DNA of 64,000 nucleotides from an uncultured bacterium (GTDB lineage Bacteria; Patescibacteriota; Patescibacteriia; Magasanikbacterales; UBA922): NCBI GenBank assembly GCA_937861125.1, contig CALMAY010000037.1:68941-132940 (forward strand), written 5' to 3'. Shown here one piece after another: positions 53,578 to 63,188 of this stretch. Made by a program: the position numbers and the translations under genes. A model generated the notes under the pieces. It saw nothing but the letters and a program-made list of their open reading frames with translations. It was not told the origin of the DNA and made no database searches. Positions within the stretch are counted from its first letter, which is position 1; each line of letters opens with the position of its first letter.

Positions 53578-54702
53578 ATGAAATTGACCTGCACGAAAGA
53601 AAATTTAGGACGAGTACTTTCTTTGGTCAGTGGAGTAGCAGGAAAACAAACAAACCTTCCTATCCTTGAACACGTGATGATCACTGCAAGTGAATCAAAG
53701 GTTGAATGTGTTGCAACCAATCTTGAAATGGCTGTTAAAGCGGTGGTACGTGCCAAAGTTGATGAGGTAGGTACATTTACTGTGCCAGCCAAAACACTTT
53801 CAGAGTATGTTGCTCTTCTTCGTGGTGATCAGGTAATGTTAAGTGTCGAGGGGAATGAACTTCTGGTGGAGTCTGGAAACTCAAAAACTCGTATTAAAGG
53901 AGCAGCTTCGGATGAATTTCCTGTTTTTCCTGAAGTAGAAGATGGTACTGTGTATAGTATTTTGGCAGAGCCCTATGCAGATGCACTAAAGAAAGTGCTT
54001 ATCTCTGTCTCAAAAAATGATGTTCGTCCCGAACTATCAGGGGTGTATTGTGGATTTTTTACCAATCGTTTTGCGGGTCTTGTGATGGCGGGTACCGACT
54101 CGTATCGTCTTTCTGAAAAGATGATCTCAGTGGTCTCTGGTGCTGATGAGCGACGTTTTATCCTCCCAGCTCGAACAGCGGCTGAGGTGGTGCGTCTGAT
54201 CTCTGTGCCAAAAGATGGAGAAGGTGAAAGTGTAGTGCGTATCTGCGTAACTGATAACCAGATTTTATTCCGCTACAATTCGTTTGAACTTACTTCTCGG
54301 TTGGTTGAGGGGAAATATCCAGATTATACACAGATTATCCCAGAGACCCATCGTACTACTGCGCTGCTTCCTGTGGAAAATGTGGTCAATGAGGTGAAAG
54401 CGGCTGGTATTTTTTCTACTACAGGGGTGAATGCAGTGCTCTTTGATATTAAACCAGATGACCACACTGTCTCTATCGCATCAGAAAGTATGCAGCGTGG
54501 TGCCCATGCTGCCACAGTAGATGCTGAGGTGACCGGTGAAAATGTCTCTATTTTACTCAACCATCGATATGTCTTGGATGGGTTGGCACATATTGAGACT
54601 GATGATGTGTCTGTGGGGCTCAATGGTGCTGATATGCCCTGTGTCTTTCGTCCCAAAGGGAAACAAGATTTCCTCTATATTGTGATGCCGATTCGAAAGT
54701 AA
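53578..54702 (+). CDS. dnaN: DNA polymerase III beta sliding clamp
   Basis: 374 aa with a three-domain clamp pattern. It is in the canonical position after dnaA. Confidence 0.95.
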   Translation: MKLTCTKENLGRVLSLVSGVAGKQTNLPILEHVMITASESKVECVATNLEMAVKAVVRAKVDEVGTFTVPAKTLSEYVALLRGDQVMLSVEGNELLVESGNSKTRIKGAASDEFPVFPEVEDGTVYSILAEPYADALKKVLISVSKNDVRPELSGVYCGFFTNRFAGLVMAGTDSYRLSEKMISVVSGADERRFILPARTAAEVVRLISVPKDGEGESVVRICVTDNQILFRYNSFELTSRLVEGKYPDYTQIIPETHRTTALLPVENVVNEVKAAGIFSTTGVNAVLFDIKPDDHTVSIASESMQRGAHAATVDAEVTGENVSILLNHRYVLDGLAHIETDDVSVGLNGADMPCVFRPKGKQDFLYIVMPIRK

Positions 54703-54704
54703 CG

Positions 54705-54733
54705 TTGACAAACAGAAGAAATTGTGCTATACT
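54705..54733 (+). promoter_or_regulatory. rpmH-rnpA promoter
   Basis: TTGACA, 17-nt spacer, TGC-TATACT. Confidence 0.8.
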
Positions 54734-54805
54734 ATCACTCGTTGCCTGGTGTAGAGATAGTTCCTACGCCATTTCCACCTCTTTAGATATTCCACATATT
54801 TTTGT

Positions 54806-54988
54806 ATGGCTACCAAACGTACCTATCAACCAAACAAACGCAAGCGTGCTAAGACTCATGGATTCCGTGCTCGTATGGAAACCAAAAATGGTCGTGACGT
54901 ACTCAAACGTCGTCGTGACAAGGGTCGCAAAAAACTCACTGTCAGTGATGAACGAACAGGAAAACGCACACGTAAAGCAAAACGATAA
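54806..54988 (+). CDS. rpmH: 50S ribosomal protein L34 (with about 15-aa basic C-terminal extension)
   Basis: [24 protein letters not shown]... Confidence 0.9.
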   Translation: MATKRTYQPNKRKRAKTHGFRARMETKNGRDVLKRRRDKGRKKLTVSDERTGKRTRKAKR

Positions 54989-54993
54989 AAAGA

Positions 54994-55018
54994 AAAGCCG
55001 CTTGATTGCGGCTTTTTT
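54994..55018 (+). terminator. Terminator or attenuator after rpmH
   Basis: Hairpin AAGCCGC-ttgatt-GCGGCTT followed by T6. Confidence 0.8.
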
Positions 55019-55054
55019 AAACTGTAGAATACTGAGTAGTTATTTATAAATACT

Positions 55055-55432
55055 GTGCTTCAAAAAGAAAACCGCCTTACTCGAAAACGTGATTTTGAAA
55101 TTCTCTTCAAAGAGGGTCGTTTTGTGCCGGGCACACTAACGACGATGAAGTATTGGAAAGTACAACCGGAAAAATATCCGAAGCGCGGGTACAATACGGC
55201 GGATCTCAAAATTGGTTTTATTGTCTCAGCAAAATTTAGCAAAAAGGCAGTCGATCGAAACCGAGTAAAACGACAAATGCGTGAAGTGGTTCGTTTACTT
55301 CTCAAAGAAAACAAAATTCCCGTTGGATATATGATTGCAATTATGGTGAAAAACGAGATGCTTGGGAAAGAGTATGGGGAGATAGAGAAAAGTATCGTGC
55401 AGATGTTGAAGCGTGCTAATTTGTTCATGTAA
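55055..55432 (+). CDS. rnpA: RNase P protein component
   Basis: GTG start. LTRKRDFEILFKEG... and the RNR motif (AVDRNRVKRQMRE). Confidence 0.85.
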   Translation: MLQKENRLTRKRDFEILFKEGRFVPGTLTTMKYWKVQPEKYPKRGYNTADLKIGFIVSAKFSKKAVDRNRVKRQMREVVRLLLKENKIPVGYMIAIMVKNEMLGKEYGEIEKSIVQMLKRANLFM

Positions 55433-55488
55433 CATGTAGCACAAAACATGTAACAAATATAAATGTGTTACATGTTATATGTTACATG
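55426..55488. repeat. Four copies of CATGTAACA (two direct, two inverted) between rnpA and yidD
   Basis: Direct copies are at 55426-55434 and 55447-55455. Inverted copies (TGTTACATG) are at 55466-55474 and 55480-55488. The array overlaps the rnpA stop and the yidD start. Confidence 0.75.
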
Positions 55489-55736
55489 ATGTTTTTCTAA
55501 TATCACGACGAATCGTGCTACGATGCATTCGTCTTTACCAAAAATTCCTCTCTCCAGATCATAGTTTTTGGGCCAAACATATTCACCCAATTGGATACTG
55601 CAAATTCACGCCTACATGCTCTGAGTATGGATACACGTCTATTGAACGCTACGGAGTGGTTCGTGGTGGTCTACGGGCACTGTGGCGCGTTCTACGGTGT
55701 AATCCATGGAGTAGGGGTGGCGAGGATTTACCATAA
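55479..55736 (+). CDS. yidD: Membrane protein insertion efficiency factor YidD
   Basis: YQKFLSP...CKFTPTCSEYGYTSIERYG...RCNPW. Confidence 0.85.
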   Translation: MLHDVFLISRRIVLRCIRLYQKFLSPDHSFWAKHIHPIGYCKFTPTCSEYGYTSIERYGVVRGGLRALWRVLRCNPWSRGGEDLP

Positions 55737-55739
55737 ACT

Positions 55740-55958
55740 ATGCTCATACATATCAAAGTAACTCCACGCTCCAGCAAAAACGAAATCCTTCCCCAAACAG
55801 ATGGTTCATATAAAATTCGTCTGACTGTACCACCGGTGGACGGAAAAGCGAATGAAAAAATAATCGAACTATTGTCCGATTATTTTGATGTTGCGAAAAG
55901 TAAAGTTATGATTGTCCGTGGGGAGGGTTCGAGAAATAAGGTGGTTGAAATATTTTAA
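55740..55958 (+). CDS. DUF167 (YggU) family protein
   Basis: IKVTPRSSKNEI...PPVDGKANEKIIELLSDYF...IVRGEGSRNKVVEI. Confidence 0.8.
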   Translation: MLIHIKVTPRSSKNEILPQTDGSYKIRLTVPPVDGKANEKIIELLSDYFDVAKSKVMIVRGEGSRNKVVEIF

Positions 55959-56566
55959 ACAAGTTTGGATATCTGTTGGGTGTGTGTTTTCCACTCATAC
56001 TCCATATTTATGTTTAATTTTTTGACAGCTCGTCCAATATATAAATCTTGAAAAATTTCTTCTATGTTTTCTTTTATATCTCGAGATCTGTTAAATATTA
56101 CAAGAGGGGAATTATTATCTCTTGCAAGTTCGTTGTAAAAATTTTTTATATTGTTAAAAAGTGTATCAAGTGCCTCTACACTTGGTATAGGTTTTTCTGA
56201 TTTAAAGCCGCGCCCATCTTTATGTCCAAAACCACGGTCTCTTAAATCTTTTAATTGTTCGATTGTTTTTTTATTATGTTTTATAAAAACAGTTGTTTTT
56301 TATTCGCTAACTTTAATTAGCGAATAACTTTCCTGTTGTTTATCAAAACAATGAAGTATTGTGATTGTAAAGTTGATAAGTAAGGCACGCTCTATTTGTA
56401 TGAAAAATGATGAATAATTTTTTTGTATATGTGTATACTTATCCGCCATAAGTTCAGGCAAGATACTTTTTGATTTTGATAATTTTATAATTTTCCAACC
56501 ATTGTAAGCAGATTCTGCTTGAAATATATTTTCTTTAAAATAATTAAGAATTTTTTGATTGTTCAT
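55955..56566 (-). pseudogene. AT-rich 203-codon gene interrupted by one in-frame TAA (56300-56302); possible HEPN/Abi-like protein
   Basis: The 88-aa ORF (56300..56566) continues in the same frame for 114 more sense codons to TAA 55955-55957. The distal part has no ATG, GTG or TTG start in its first 100 codons. An Rx5H-like motif LRDRGFGHKD is present. Confidence 0.55.
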
Positions 56567-56575
56567 ATTCAGTAT

Positions 56576-57934
56576 CTATTTGGGATCAAACACTGATTTA
56601 TCTAACTTACCAAAATGTATGTATTCCGCAATACGTTTGCCACCATAGATAGATGGTAAGATACCAACACCGTTGCAGCCGAGATTGTAGAGGAGTCTGT
56701 TGTTTCTAGGATCTGGGCCGATCATACGTAGGCCGTTTTTGGTATATCCCATCAGGCCGTGCCAGAGAAATGCGTAGTCTCCGTTTGGGTGGTCGAGACG
56801 GCTGGAACGCAAAAAGTCATCAATTTCTTGTTTGGCTTTGTCTGGGTATGGGTGGGTATATTTGTCGTATGTGTGTTTTTCGTGGAGATCTTGCTCAGGT
56901 CCGCCGATACAGATGAGGTTGTGGACCTGTTGAGGTTCGTATTCATACAGACGCCTCGTGATGTACATGTATTTGTCACTTCCGTCTTCACTTTTGTCAT
57001 TGATGTAGCTGATCGCACAGACATCCTCACCAGGTGGAGTGAGGTAGCCTGCCATGTATCCCACTTTTCCTTCGACTGTTTCATGGAAACTCGCATCAAT
57101 TGGATCACCTGACTGATTTTCTATGTGCAAATGTGTGAATCCATTGGTGCACAGTACTGTGTGTGATGCTGTCACGGCAAATCCACCATGGATCATACAC
57201 TGTGTGTTTGAGTCAGTGAGGACGACACGCTCTACCATGGTGTGTTCGTGTAAGGTAAAGCGATCAGAATAGTGTGTCAAAAAATGGGTAACGAGCTCTT
57301 CACAAAGTGCGGCACTGTTAGTACATCCTTTTTTGCTTGCTAGAGCAATGCAATACTGCGTATCAATTGTTTCAAGTACATTGAGAATATGCTCATGGCT
57401 AACGACCGCTGCTACATCTTTGAGACGAGATGGGAGTTCAGCGAAACCGAGTACTATATCAGAGATGAGTACCTGCTCGACCATGAGACCCGCCTCTTTT
57501 TGGGCGGCGACACTTTCGATATAGGGGAGTGCGTCAGTGAGAGATCGAAATCCAGCATAGCCTGTACAGACAGAGATGGGTGTTTTGAGATTGAGATCTT
57601 TTTGCATCTCTGCAATAGTATCCCACATACTAAACAGTCCAAGTTGTGCTTTGACCGCGAGATCGATTCCAAACTCTTTTGAAATATCTGGAAATGATCG
57701 TTCAAAGTATGAAACGATTTGACCCGCGTTGTGTCCAGAGGCACCATGAGCAATTTTGCTTCCCTCGAGTAGTGTGATTTTTTTGTCTGTAGCTTTGAGG
57801 AGAAAATATGCTGTCATGACACCTGCAATTCCACCACCAACAATAATAATGTCTGTGCTCGCATCAGCCATGACAGGTGTCGCGGATGTGCGGGTTTGCT
57901 TGAGTTCATGTATCCAGGGAGAAAAATGTTGCAT
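56576..57934 (-). CDS. FAD-dependent oxidoreductase (DAO/glycine oxidase-like)
   Basis: IIIVGGGIAGVMTAYFLL...LLEG, 452 aa. Confidence 0.8.
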   Translation of the reverse strand: MQHFSPWIHELKQTRTSATPVMADASTDIIIVGGGIAGVMTAYFLLKATDKKITLLEGSKIAHGASGHNAGQIVSYFERSFPDISKEFGIDLAVKAQLGLFSMWDTIAEMQKDLNLKTPISVCTGYAGFRSLTDALPYIESVAAQKEAGLMVEQVLISDIVLGFAELPSRLKDVAAVVSHEHILNVLETIDTQYCIALASKKGCTNSAALCEELVTHFLTHYSDRFTLHEHTMVERVVLTDSNTQCMIHGGFAVTASHTVLCTNGFTHLHIENQSGDPIDASFHETVEGKVGYMAGYLTPPGEDVCAISYINDKSEDGSDKYMYITRRLYEYEPQQVHNLICIGGPEQDLHEKHTYDKYTHPYPDKAKQEIDDFLRSSRLDHPNGDYAFLWHGLMGYTKNGLRMIGPDPRNNRLLYNLGCNGVGILPSIYGGKRIAEYIHFGKLDKSVFDPK

Positions 57935-57983
57935 ATGTATTTATATTGGTCCATTGTATCGTTTCTGGCCTATTTTCGCAAAT

Positions 57984-58014
57984 TAAAAACCGCCTTATTT
58001 TCGGGCGGTTTTTA
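57984..58014. terminator. Terminator after tig (bidirectional shape)
   Basis: A5, hairpin AACCGCC-ttattttcg-GGCGGTT, then T5. Confidence 0.8.
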
Positions 58015-58029
58015 GGTATCAATTACTGT

Positions 58030-59358
58030 TTAGTGTTTGCAATTCTCATCATGTACGTGTTCTACTTCTGTAGTCTCTTCACCAAGAATTTCTTTTTTCA
58101 ACCAGCGAACCACTTTTTTGTTTTGCATGCTCACTGCGATAGTTTCTCGTACATCTTGACGTTTGAGATTTTCTTCTACTGCTGAGTCGCCTTTGTACAT
58201 AGTGCGGATGAGCTCAAGTTCGTGTGTCAGTTCGTCATCACCAATAGTGATTCCTTGCTCTTTGGCAATCGTACGTGAGACGAGTGCTGCCTTGGCACGT
58301 TTCTCGGCTTGAGCGGTGAAGTCTGCCATCATTTCTTCCTCTGTTTTTTTGATATCTGCGAGGTACTGTCCGACATCCACGCCGTGTTTTTCCAAATCAC
58401 GGAGGAGCTCATTGTAAATACGATGTCGTTCTGAATCAATAATCACATCTGGAAGTTCACTAAACTTTGTTTTTTCAATGATTGCATCGAGCATTTCAAT
58501 TTCTACACGCTGATCTTCTTTTTGTTGTGCTTCTGCGTTGATGTTTTCGGCGATGCGAGCGCGGAGTGCGACTGCATCTGTCTGCCCTAGTTTTTGTGCA
58601 AATTCGTCAGTGACTTCTGGGAGTTCGCGACTGAACACTTCTTTTACTTTGACGATAAATGTTGCTGTTTTACCAGCAAGTTGTTTTTTGAAATAGTCTT
58701 TTGGAAATGGAAGATCAAATGTTTTTTCCTCACCCGCTTTGAGACCAATCAGTGCTTCGTTAAATCCTGGGATGTAGTGATCTTCACTGAGGTAGACGCC
58801 ATAGTCGATTGCTTGTCCACCCTCTACTGATACACCATCTTGTTTGAGATCCATATCAATAACGAGTTTGTCAGTACCTTCAGCTGGACCATCCTTTTTG
58901 ATTTCAATCGCGTGCATGCCGCGGAGTGCGTCCATGGTTTCGTCCACTTTTTTTTCATCTGTCTTTATTTCCTTTCGTGTTACTTTGATTTTTTTGATAT
59001 CTGGCAAAGTAACAGTTGGGAGGAGTGCAACGACTGCCTTGAATACAAGGTCATTTGCTGGTGCAACCTTTTCAATCTCTACTTTTGGTCCACCGACGGT
59101 ATCGAGCTTTTCTTCTAGTACTGCTTGGTAGAATGCTTCTTGAACTACTGACTCAAGTGCTTCTTGGAGGATTCCCATTTCACCGACTTCTTTTTTGATC
59201 ATGTCATATGGAGCGTGACCTGGACGAAATCCCTTGATACTTGCACGTTGGGAAATTCGAGTCGCAGCTGCTTCGAGGTGTTTTTGATATTCTGTTGGGG
59301 TGACAGTGATGGTGAGTTCCACCTGGGACTTTTCGAGTTTTTTGATGGTGTGTGACAT
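58030..59358 (-). CDS. tig: Trigger factor
   Basis: GFRPGHAP ribosome-binding loop region, FKBP-like middle and C-terminal arms. Confidence 0.95.
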   Translation of the reverse strand: MSHTIKKLEKSQVELTITVTPTEYQKHLEAAATRISQRASIKGFRPGHAPYDMIKKEVGEMGILQEALESVVQEAFYQAVLEEKLDTVGGPKVEIEKVAPANDLVFKAVVALLPTVTLPDIKKIKVTRKEIKTDEKKVDETMDALRGMHAIEIKKDGPAEGTDKLVIDMDLKQDGVSVEGGQAIDYGVYLSEDHYIPGFNEALIGLKAGEEKTFDLPFPKDYFKKQLAGKTATFIVKVKEVFSRELPEVTDEFAQKLGQTDAVALRARIAENINAEAQQKEDQRVEIEMLDAIIEKTKFSELPDVIIDSERHRIYNELLRDLEKHGVDVGQYLADIKKTEEEMMADFTAQAEKRAKAALVSRTIAKEQGITIGDDELTHELELIRTMYKGDSAVEENLKRQDVRETIAVSMQNKKVVRWLKKEILGEETTEVEHVHDENCKH

Positions 59359-59529
59359 ACGGATTTAAGTCGATTAAAAGTGTGCAAAATATACCTGAGT
59401 TGAGGGATTTTGTCAACCTAATGATGTCAAGGATGCTGAGGCTTCTGATGTTGCTTGTGTCGTGTGTGGTTCTATGTATTTTGAAAGCATCTTTAGAAAC
59501 CTTAGCATCCTCAGCGTCCTTAGTCACGA

Positions 59530-59558
59530 TTGACCAAAACCCCATTTTTTGGCATACT
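59530..59558 (+). promoter_or_regulatory. Promoter of the LysM/M23 gene
   Basis: TTGACC, 17-nt spacer, TGG-CATACT, 13 nt upstream of ATG 59572. Confidence 0.6.
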
Positions 59559-59571
59559 ACAGGGTATAAAT

Positions 59572-60957
59572 ATGAGTCAATGGAAAGCAAAATCTCTCCT
59601 CGTACTCCTTCGTTGTGGTGTCTACGCACAACGACTTCTTTTTTTTCTTGGACGACGTATAGGAAGAGTGGGCTTGTGGATAGCTGTGTTGTTTCAAAAG
59701 ACGGTTTGGCTTCGTATCTATCAGCGCTGGTTTAGCTTTTATCGGAGACATTTGGCAGTGACAGTGGGGGGATCTTCTTGGTTTTTTGATGTGATCGTGA
59801 GAAGACATGTGCTTGAAGCTTCTTTTTTCGTTGTTGGTTTGTTGGTGGTGTTGCCAGAAAGTGTTTTTTTTACTCAAAGCCCAGGATTGCCTTGGCAAAA
59901 TACTCCTTTGTTTCAGTTGGTTGGTTTGTCAGAAGAAATTGGTGGTACTGAGGAAGTAGTACTCAATTTTGATGATTTGGCTCGTGGTGATGTGGTGCCT
60001 GCATGGCGTCAGGGGGCAGTACAGCAGACAACTGTGGGCTCATCTGACGAGACATCATATCTCTATACTCCAGCGGATCCGTTGTCTCATACTCCCAGAG
60101 GTATGGCAGCCATTAAACCAATTCTTGTGCCATCGGCTGGCGGTGTTGTTGATGTGAGCGGAACTCCTAGTACTGGACGAAAAGAAATTACTACATATGT
60201 TGTTCAAAGTGGTGATGTGTTAGGAAAAATTGCCACCGATTTTGGCATCTCTATTGAAACACTACTTTGGGCAAATAATCTTACGTTGCGGTCATATATC
60301 CGTCCAGGAGACACATTGCGTATATTGCCAGTGTCTGGTATCACATATACGGTTAAAAAAGGCGATACGTTGTCAAAAATTTCCAAGACGTATGGTGCGG
60401 ATCAAAAACAAATTATTGCATTTAATGGGTTAAATGAAGCCGGAACCAATCTTGTGATTGGAAAAGAACTGATTATTCCTGGGGGACAACGCATTGCTGC
60501 TGCAGCACCTGTGCGGTCTACGCAGGTGTCTACGCCAGCACGTACTGTGGCAGCCCCACCTTCTTCAGAGGCACCATCTGGTTCTGGGTATGTATGGCCT
60601 ACGAGTGTTCGACGGATTACAACATATTTTGGTGCCTACTATCGTTTTGGTGTACACACTGGTCTTGATATTGCTGGTCCAAAGGGTACGCCGCTATATG
60701 CATCTCGTGCAGGTACTGTGACATATTCACAGTGTACCAAGGGTGGATATGGATGCCATATTATGATTGATCATGGTGATGGTGTGGTGACATTGTATGG
60801 ACATGCATCAGCACTACATGTCTCTGTCGGAGATTATGTGTCACAAGGACAAACGATAGCTGATATGGGCTCTACCGGTCTCTCTACAGGTCCACACGTT
60901 CACTTTGAGGTGCGTGTCAATGGAAAACAGGTCAATCCGTTGAAATACGTACGCTAA
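59572..60957 (+). CDS. Membrane-anchored LysM (x2) / M23 metalloendopeptidase
   Basis: Two LysM repeats (YVVQSGDVLGKIA..., YTVKKGDTLSKIS...) and M23 motifs HTGLDIA and GPHVHFEV. Confidence 0.9.
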   Translation: MSQWKAKSLLVLLRCGVYAQRLLFFLGRRIGRVGLWIAVLFQKTVWLRIYQRWFSFYRRHLAVTVGGSSWFFDVIVRRHVLEASFFVVGLLVVLPESVFFTQSPGLPWQNTPLFQLVGLSEEIGGTEEVVLNFDDLARGDVVPAWRQGAVQQTTVGSSDETSYLYTPADPLSHTPRGMAAIKPILVPSAGGVVDVSGTPSTGRKEITTYVVQSGDVLGKIATDFGISIETLLWANNLTLRSYIRPGDTLRILPVSGITYTVKKGDTLSKISKTYGADQKQIIAFNGLNEAGTNLVIGKELIIPGGQRIAAAAPVRSTQVSTPARTVAAPPSSEAPSGSGYVWPTSVRRITTYFGAYYRFGVHTGLDIAGPKGTPLYASRAGTVTYSQCTKGGYGCHIMIDHGDGVVTLYGHASALHVSVGDYVSQGQTIADMGSTGLSTGPHVHFEVRVNGKQVNPLKYVR

Positions 60958-61016
60958 AAATATCCTTTGTGCATAGCGAGGATAGTGGTGTATGTTTGTT
61001 TGTCTAAAAAGCAGAG

Positions 61017-61083
61017 TTTTAGATTAAGAATGAGATTGAGATTAAAAAAACAGAAAGACAATCTTAATCTTAGTCTTCAATCT
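61017..61083. repeat. Imperfect inverted pair of the AGATTAAG repeat unit between convergent genes
   Basis: TTTTAGATTAAGAATGAGATTGAGATTAAAAAAA (61017-61050) faces AATCTTAATCTTAGTCTTCAATCT (61060-61083). A 30-nt core matches the reverse complement of 31050-31088 with one mismatch. Confidence 0.7.
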
Positions 61084-61089
61084 TCTTGT

Positions 61090-62613
61090 TTAATCACTCT
61101 TCGCCCGATACTGCAACGCTTCCGCCACATGCATCGTCTCAATGGTTTCTGACCCTGCGAGATCCGCAATGGTTCGTGCAAGCTTTAATATGCGATGATA
61201 GCTGCGTGCTGAGAGATGGAGTTGTGTGACAGCATTACGCATGAGCTCAAGTGATGTGTTATTAAGTTTACAGTGTTCTTTGATCTCTTTGTTTCGCATC
61301 TCACTATTTGCTTGTACTGGACTGCCTGCGAAGCGTATGCGTTGTCGTTCTCGTGCAGCCTCGACACGCACACGAATATCAGCCGATGATTCAGATAGTG
61401 TATCACTGCTGAGCTTTTCAAATTTCACTCGTGGCACTTCGATATGTAAATCAATACGATCGAGTAGTGGCCCGCTAATCTTTTTTTGATATTTACTAAT
61501 AGTTATAGGTGAACAAAGACATTGTTTTTCTGGATCTGTAGCATAACCACACGGACATGGATTTTGACTGGCAATCATGGTAAATCGTGCTGGAAACGTG
61601 ACGGTACCTTGGGCACGTGAGACGGTGATGAGTCCATCTTCGAGTGGTTGGCGTAAGTTTTCCAATACTAAGCGCGGAAACTCTGGAAATTCGTCGAGAA
61701 ACAAAACACCACGATGTGCAAGTGAAATTTCACCTGGTTTTGGAATTTTGCCACCACCCACGAGTGCAACGGCTGATGCGCTGTGATGGGGTGTACGAAA
61801 TGGTCGTGTGGTAATGAGCGGTGTTTCTGTAGGAAGTAGTCCTGCGACAGAATATATTTTGGTTACCTCAATAATTTCTGCCTCTGTCATGGTCGGCAAA
61901 ATAGAGGGAAACGATCTGGCAAGTAATGTTTTTCCACTGCCAGGTGGGCCTGACAACAAAATATTGTGTGCGCCAGCCGCAGCAATTTCGAGTGCACGTT
62001 TGGCATATTCTTGTCCTTTGATATAAGACATGTCTGATTCGTACGACGCATGTATTTTGAGCGTCTTGAGATCTATGGGTGGTATGGGTTGGATATGTGA
62101 TGCACCTGTGATGTGTTGGATAATATCGCGGAATGTTTCAATTGGATAAATCTCAATATCAGTAATAACTGAGGCTTCACGAGCATTGATCTTTGGAACA
62201 AACAATCGTTTGTATCCGTGCTCTTTAGCAAATATAGCGAGAGGTAAGATGCCTGGTGTATGACGTAGTGTGCCGTCCAGTGCAAGTTCACCTACAAACA
62301 AGGCGTCATTTAATTGCGTGTATTCTATTTTTTCACTCGTGATGTACATGCCCAGTGCCATCGGTAGATCAAAGGCAGAGCCTTCTTTGCGTACATCTGC
62401 TGGCGCGAGGTTGATGACAATCCCAGCATTATTTGGAAATTCAAAACCGCCATTTTTCCAGGCAGTTCGGATGCGTTGTTTTGCTTCTTGAATAGCGGTG
62501 TCCCCCATGCCGACAATTTGAAATCCAGGCCAGCCACCAGAAATATCAACCTCAACATCGATCGGTGTGCATTCGAGTCCGAGCACTGCTGCGCTGTTGA
62601 GTTTGATAAACAT
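61090..62613 (-). CDS. comM: Mg-chelatase-like AAA+ ATPase YifB/ComM
   Basis: N-terminal Lon-like domain, Walker A GPPGSGKT, LFLDEFPEF, and a C-terminal ChlI-type domain. Confidence 0.9.
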   Translation of the reverse strand: MFIKLNSAAVLGLECTPIDVEVDISGGWPGFQIVGMGDTAIQEAKQRIRTAWKNGGFEFPNNAGIVINLAPADVRKEGSAFDLPMALGMYITSEKIEYTQLNDALFVGELALDGTLRHTPGILPLAIFAKEHGYKRLFVPKINAREASVITDIEIYPIETFRDIIQHITGASHIQPIPPIDLKTLKIHASYESDMSYIKGQEYAKRALEIAAAGAHNILLSGPPGSGKTLLARSFPSILPTMTEAEIIEVTKIYSVAGLLPTETPLITTRPFRTPHHSASAVALVGGGKIPKPGEISLAHRGVLFLDEFPEFPRLVLENLRQPLEDGLITVSRAQGTVTFPARFTMIASQNPCPCGYATDPEKQCLCSPITISKYQKKISGPLLDRIDLHIEVPRVKFEKLSSDTLSESSADIRVRVEAARERQRIRFAGSPVQANSEMRNKEIKEHCKLNNTSLELMRNAVTQLHLSARSYHRILKLARTIADLAGSETIETMHVAEALQYRAKSD

Positions 62614-62680
62614 AATGGAAAATTAAAAAGGATACAAGATACAAAATGGTCAATGTCGCTTTGTATCCTTTCCAATTATA

Positions 62681-63106
62681 TCATTTTTTCCATTGCTCGC
62701 GTAAGAGAATACATACACCTGTCAGAATATATACATCAGCCAGATTGAACATACTCGTGACCACGCGGAGATAATCAATCACATACCCGTGTATTGCACG
62801 ATCAATCATGTTGGAGAGTGCACCGACACACACTAGTACAAAGCTGATTTGCGACCGGAGAGTTGTTTGTTTTTGTGTATAAAAAAAGAACCAGAGAATA
62901 AGTGGTGTTATAATAAGCAATGGGATAAGTGGAAAAGAGATACCAAAAGCGATTCCGTGATTTGCAAAAAATTCCCAGCCCACCGTATTGTCGATCAGAT
63001 AGTGCGTATATGTTTGATGTGTTTGTGCGAGATATTTGAGTATTTGATCAAAACAAAAAAGACACCCGCTGAGCAGTATAAGCCAGATACGGATGTCTTT
63101 TTTCAT
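62681..63106 (-). CDS. lspA: Lipoprotein signal peptidase II
   Basis: NHGIAFG, ALSNMIDR, and VIDYL...FNLADV. Confidence 0.9.
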   Translation of the reverse strand: MKKDIRIWLILLSGCLFCFDQILKYLAQTHQTYTHYLIDNTVGWEFFANHGIAFGISFPLIPLLIITPLILWFFFYTQKQTTLRSQISFVLVCVGALSNMIDRAIHGYVIDYLRVVTSMFNLADVYILTGVCILLREQWKK

Positions 63107-63188
63107 ATAGTAGAGTACTTAGTGTATCGTTCGCAATCTGTGTAATTCCGCCCACCGGCGGATTGTAACATCAGTGTAATCTGTGGTC

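Noticed and set aside
54705-55049. 114-aa ORF overlapping rpmH.
   Set aside because: It starts inside the rpmH promoter, is in a different frame from the clearly conserved L34 sequence, and runs through the rpmH terminator.
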